DNA of 8,368 bases from a virus, in the IMG/VR virus record IMGVR_UViG_3300024042_000001, positions 1-8,368 of that record; one strand, written 5' to 3'. This document shows, in pieces, positions 5,794 to 8,368 of the stretch. The notes beneath the pieces were generated by a model that did not search any database, was not told where the DNA came from, and was given only the letters and a program-made list of their open reading frames with translations. How positions within the stretch are numbered: the stretch's first letter is position 1; each line of letters starts with the position of its first letter. A program made the position numbers and the translations under genes.

Positions 5794-5919
5794 TGGGTGG
5801 CTCCATGCAGTACATTTGTATTACCGGGAACGTATTACGTTTTACCGTTTACGTTATTGGTAATTTTACCCCGCAATTACACATTTGGTAATTTATTTTT
5901 TCAATGGAGATTGCTAAAC
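5794..5919. promoter_or_regulatory. AT-rich divergent promoter/operator region with TTAC(C/G)/GGTAA repeats and two perfect-armed palindromes
   Basis: This is the most AT-rich non-coding stretch in the window, and it lies between divergent genes. Palindromes: AACGTA-t-TACGTT (5829-5841) and GGTAA-tt-TTACC (5859-5870). TTAC(C/G) occurs at 5821, 5835, 5842, 5849, 5866 and 5877, and GGTAA at 5859 and 5887. ACATTTG(G)TA(A)TT is repeated at 5812 and 5881. A tentative plus-strand promoter is TTACCC(5866-5871)-N17-TGgTAATTT(5886-5894), with GGAGA RBS at 5905-5909. Confidence 0.65.
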
Positions 5920-6315
5920 ATGTATGCAGAACTAATCGAAAACATCACCCCCGACGACCGCAAAGCGCTTGCAGACAAAGGGGTTCCATCCTCAAGAATC
6001 AGCGAATGGAAATCAGGCCTGCGCTTCCCAACAAGGCCGCAGGTGATCGCCCTGGCCACGGTAAAAAAGATCGACTACATCGAGCTCGAGCGCGAGCTAA
6101 TGCTGCTCGAGACAGAAGCCGAAGCAGCCAAGAAGCCAGCCATGAAAGCCCTCCTAGACCACGCGCGCAGCACCGGGCAATTGTTGTTACTTTTGGTGAA
6201 CGCGACAAAAAGAAAGGCCCGGGAAACCGGGCTTTTTTTTATTCACTACGCAAGCGCACGGAAAAAAATTCAGGGCTTCGCCCTGAACCCTCAAGACAAG
6301 AACACCGCGTCATAG
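5920..6315 (+). CDS. Cro/CI-like HTH repressor candidate (immunity gene), up to 131 aa; the effective 3' end is uncertain
   Basis: In-frame ATG at 5920 with GGAGA RBS 10 nt upstream; the rest of the 305-aa track ORF is antisense read-through. VPSSRISEWKSGLRFPTRPQVIALATV resembles a phage Cro/CI-type HTH. It is the only plus-strand gene and is divergent from the structural/replication unit. The last ~33 codons are encoded by terminator hairpins. Confidence 0.7.
   Translation: MYAELIENITPDDRKALADKGVPSSRISEWKSGLRFPTRPQVIALATVKKIDYIELERELMLLETEAEAAKKPAMKALLDHARSTGQLLLLLVNATKRKARETGLFFIHYASARKKIQGFALNPQDKNTAS
6217..6240 (+). terminator. Rho-independent terminator (plus-strand sense; partly bidirectional)
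   Basis: GCCCGG(6217-6222)-GAAA-CCGGGC(6227-6232) followed by T8 (6233-6240). It is preceded by an A-rich run (aaaaagaaa), so some minus-strand activity is possible. Confidence 0.8.
6261..6287 (-). terminator. Rho-independent terminator for the minus-strand unit, just after the recombinase stop
   Basis: On the minus strand the sequence is TTCAGGGC-gaa-GCCCTGAA (6287..6269) followed by T7 (6268..6262). It lies 4 nt downstream of the recombinase stop at 6293..6291. Confidence 0.8.
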
Positions 6316-6896
6316 ACAGGACGCGGCTTATACACCCGACGAGGCAACCCTTCCGCATCTTGCAGCGACCGCCGAACCGTTGACTGACTCACCCCAAGCC
6401 GCCGCCCAATCTCCGACTTCGACAAGCCCGCCGCAAACATAGCGCAGACTTCCGCAGAACGCCCACCAAGAAGCCGAGGGCGCCCGAAACGAACCCCAGC
6501 ACGCATAGCGGCAACCTGCCCCGCAAACACTCGTTCCCGAATCATCGAACGTTCAAGCTGAGCAATGGCACCCAGGCTCTGCAGGACAAAAACCCCCAAG
6601 GGCGATGACGTATCCAGCGGCTCATTCAACGACCGAATGCGGGCGCCCACAGCATCCAAATGATCAAGGATAGCCAGCAGGTGCCCCAGCGACCGAGCAA
6701 CCCGGTCCACCTTCCAAACAACTAGCACATCCCCTTTACGTAGGCTGGCCAAGCACTCAGCCAATACAGGACGGTCAGCGGCCGCACCACTGGCCTTTTC
6801 CTCAAACACACGACGCACCCCCGCACGCCGTAGCGCATCAAGCTGCAACCGTGTTTCCTGCTCCTTTGTACTGACCCGCGCATAACCAACCAACAT
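6291..6896 (-). CDS. Small serine recombinase (resolvase/invertase family), 201 aa
   Basis: MLVGYARVSTKEQ carries the catalytic-Ser motif, with VDRVARS and a C-terminal HTH (LSKSEIGRRLGVSQSTVRRSL). AGGAGG at 6907..6902 lies 5 nt upstream of ATG 6896, so I prefer that start over the track's GTG at 6899. Confidence 0.93.
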   Translation of the reverse strand: MLVGYARVSTKEQETRLQLDALRRAGVRRVFEEKASGAAADRPVLAECLASLRKGDVLVVWKVDRVARSLGHLLAILDHLDAVGARIRSLNEPLDTSSPLGVFVLQSLGAIAQLERSMIRERVFAGQVAAMRAGVRFGRPRLLGGRSAEVCAMFAAGLSKSEIGRRLGVSQSTVRRSLQDAEGLPRRVYKPRPVYDAVFLS

Positions 6897-7003
6897 CACC
6901 CCCTCCTAAATCTTGTGACCGGGAACGAAACGCCGAAACTTAGCGGCAATACCGAGGCATCGATCCGACGAAAAGAGCCTTAGATCGCAGCAAGCGCGCA
7001 GCA

Positions 7004-8200
7004 CTAAGATCGACGGTATGGACTCAATAACGAAGGCGGCGCAATGGGCAACTGCCCATCCATGGATAGTGCTGGCTGCACTGGCGACCCTGGCGGGAGC
7101 AATAAAGGGCCTCGCGCTTCTGCATGCGGGTTTGAAACGCCGGAGGGCAAGGGGACTACGTTTGCGGACTCCGAAGGAGCAGACGCGGTTTGAACCTGTG
7201 CAGACTGTGTACTCACCGAAGCGCTACCGGCGCGAGAAGCGATAGGCCGCTCCTGCTGTGTGTACGGGTCGAATGGCCTGCGCTGCATCCACTCGCGGCA
7301 CTCCCTATCGCTTAGGCCCGCGTCAGTGCCCTGCTGAGTCAAACACCGACACTCGCCGCGAAAACAAACACCCCCAGAGACGAGCGGCATATTAATAACC
7401 CGGCGCACTTCGTCGTAAGCAGGCGCCGATTCGGGCTTGTTTGAAATGCGCGGCAGGAAATCCACCCTATCGTCGATGAATGCCTTTTCCGGAGGCACGG
7501 ACGCGGCCTGCGTGGCGGGTTTCGCAGCAAGAGCAGACGGCACCATCGAAGGCGCCTCGGTCTTGCCATGGGTTCGCCACATGTTGACGCCCAAGCCAAC
7601 GATTCCAACAACGGCCACGGCCAACCCATAAACCAGCGGCGGAATCTTGCGCGGCACCTTTGTGTGTTCGTTAGACGAACGGTAAAGGCCGAAGACCCTC
7701 TTGGGGAGCGTGTACCGCCGCTTGTTCTGACAGCGCGCCCAGGCCAGCTCCGGATTGCACTCCGGCCATTCGTACCACCAACGCCCCATCCAGCCTGTAT
7801 CGCGAATATGGACATGCCGACCGACAAGGGCGCGAAAGGCGCTATTAACAAGCTTGGGAGACTGCGTTGTAACGAACACATCGACGCCGGAATGACGGTG
7901 CGTTTCCAGGGCCTGAATCGCAGCAGGAACCTTGCTTGCTGGGCCAGCGGCACGCCACACGCCTTGGGCCTCATCAACGACCAGCACAGCACCATCGGGC
8001 AACTCGTCATGCCACTTAGACGCATGGCAGCGCGTGTGCGGAATCTGCAGCGTTTCTGCCAAGAGCTTTTGCTCAGGACGCAGCCTCTCAGACTCATCAA
8101 AGTGCACAAAGAGAGGCCGCCCCCTCAACTCCCTATCAAGCAAATCGACCAATGCAGCGGTTTTCCCGGCCCCAGGTTGACCCGTGAAAATGGTAATCAC
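7004..8200 (-). CDS. Zot-like / pI-type filamentous-phage assembly ATPase, 398 aa
   Basis: Walker A at the extreme N-terminus (ITIFTGQPGAGKT) and Walker B (AVLVVDEAQ). Central TM helix (IPPLVYGLAVAVVGIVGLGV) and a Pro/Ser/Ala-rich C-terminal region. GTG start at 8200 with a GGGGG RBS, 1 nt after the pVI-like stop (TGA 8204..8202). Confidence 0.93.
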   Translation of the reverse strand: MITIFTGQPGAGKTAALVDLLDRELRGRPLFVHFDESERLRPEQKLLAETLQIPHTRCHASKWHDELPDGAVLVVDEAQGVWRAAGPASKVPAAIQALETHRHSGVDVFVTTQSPKLVNSAFRALVGRHVHIRDTGWMGRWWYEWPECNPELAWARCQNKRRYTLPKRVFGLYRSSNEHTKVPRKIPPLVYGLAVAVVGIVGLGVNMWRTHGKTEAPSMVPSALAAKPATQAASVPPEKAFIDDRVDFLPRISNKPESAPAYDEVRRVINMPLVSGGVCFRGECRCLTQQGTDAGLSDRECREWMQRRPFDPYTQQERPIASRAGSASVSTQSAQVQTASAPSESANVVPLPSGVSNPHAEARGPLLLPPGSPVQPALSMDGQLPIAPPSLLSPYRRS

Positions 8201-8201
8201 A

Positions 8202-8368
8202 TCAACCCCCGATCAACGCCAAACGCTTGACAAACTGCAACGAGGCGCGGGCTATTACAGCACCGCAGATAATGCCCATAAACTCAGGGACACCAGCAAT
8301 CGCCAGGAACTGCAACACCTGCACAGGCATGGTGTTGTATGCCTCTTTTGCATATCCGATTGCCTGAG
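8202..8368 (-). CDS. pVI-like protein, C-terminal part (window-truncated). Bases 8242-8368 duplicate 1-127; only 8202-8241 is unique.
   Basis: This is the same frame as the ORF starting at 230 once the ends are joined: ...AVIARASLQFVKRLALIGG, stop TGA at 8204..8202. Confidence 0.7.
   Translation of the reverse strand, partial: QAIGYAKEAYNTMPVQVLQFLAIAGVPEFMGIICGAVIARASLQFVKRLALIGG
8242..8368. repeat. Terminal redundancy copy 2, identical to 1-127
   Basis: 127/127 identity with the window start. Confidence 0.97.

Larger units (their letters stand above)
1..8241. mobile_element. One complete unit of a circular filamentous-phage (Inoviridae-like) genome or replicative form, 8,241 bp
   Basis: The ends carry an exact 127-bp redundancy. 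The canonical inovirus order is present on one strand: Rep, ssDNA-binding position, small hydrophobic ORFs, major coat, pIII-like, pVI-like, Zot/pI. An ORF is reconstituted across the junction. Confidence 0.85.

Noticed and set aside
5398-5919. N-terminal 174 codons of the 305-aa plus-strand track ORF
   Set aside because: This part is antisense to the RHH-like gene and crosses the non-coding operator region. The in-frame ATG at 5920, with a GGAGA RBS and an HTH motif just downstream, is the credible start.
7018-7245. 75-aa plus-strand ORF with a TM-like segment (HPWIVLAALATLAGAIKGLALL) antisense to the Zot C-terminus
   Set aside because: I saw no convincing RBS. It is followed by a highly basic, Arg-rich tail typical of antisense frames, and it would be transcribed against the whole late unit without a visible promoter. 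It would only be worth revisiting if antisense transcription is observed.
7339-8230. 256-aa minus-strand (7339-8109) and 220-aa plus-strand (7568-8230) ORFs inside the Zot gene
   Set aside because: These are alternative or antisense frames of a gene with clear Walker A/B motifs. Both are Arg/Cys/Trp-rich, as is typical of shadow ORFs.
1-8368. Search for CRISPR arrays, tRNA/rRNA genes, dif-like XerCD sites and transposon inverted repeats
   Set aside because: I saw no spaced direct-repeat array, no cloverleaf-compatible sequence, no match to the dif core as I remember it (..ATAATGTATATTATGT..), and no terminal inverted repeats. The only long repeat is the 127-bp circularisation overlap.

Overview
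The window holds one complete, circularly permuted filamentous-phage (Inoviridae-like) genome of 8,241 bp. Bases 1-127 are identical to 8242-8368, and a pVI-like ORF only becomes whole when the ends are joined. Fifteen co-directional minus-strand genes form one long unit, many joined by ATGA or TAATG stop/start overlaps. From the AT-rich control region at ~5793 the order is: RHH-like protein, two small unknowns, XRE-type HTH protein, Ala-rich 167-aa protein, Rep_trans-type replication initiator, gV-position putative ssDNA-binding protein, 69-aa unknown, 55-aa hydrophobic peptide (absent from the ORF track), major coat protein, 108-aa C-tail-anchored protein, pIII-like adsorption protein, pVI-like protein (spans the junction), Zot/pI assembly ATPase, and a small resolvase/invertase-type serine recombinase. 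The only plus-strand gene is a Cro/CI-like repressor candidate (5920-6315). It diverges from a TTAC/GGTAA-rich operator region and oddly reads through two back-to-back intrinsic terminators. No secretin (pIV), tyrosine integrase, tRNA, rRNA or CRISPR is visible. Points worth a second look are the serine recombinase on an inovirus, the possible non-stop repressor transcript, the five-gene coupled module upstream of Rep, and a roughly 10-15 point GC drop over the pIII/pVI host-recognition block. All functional calls come from reading motifs by eye; no database search was run.
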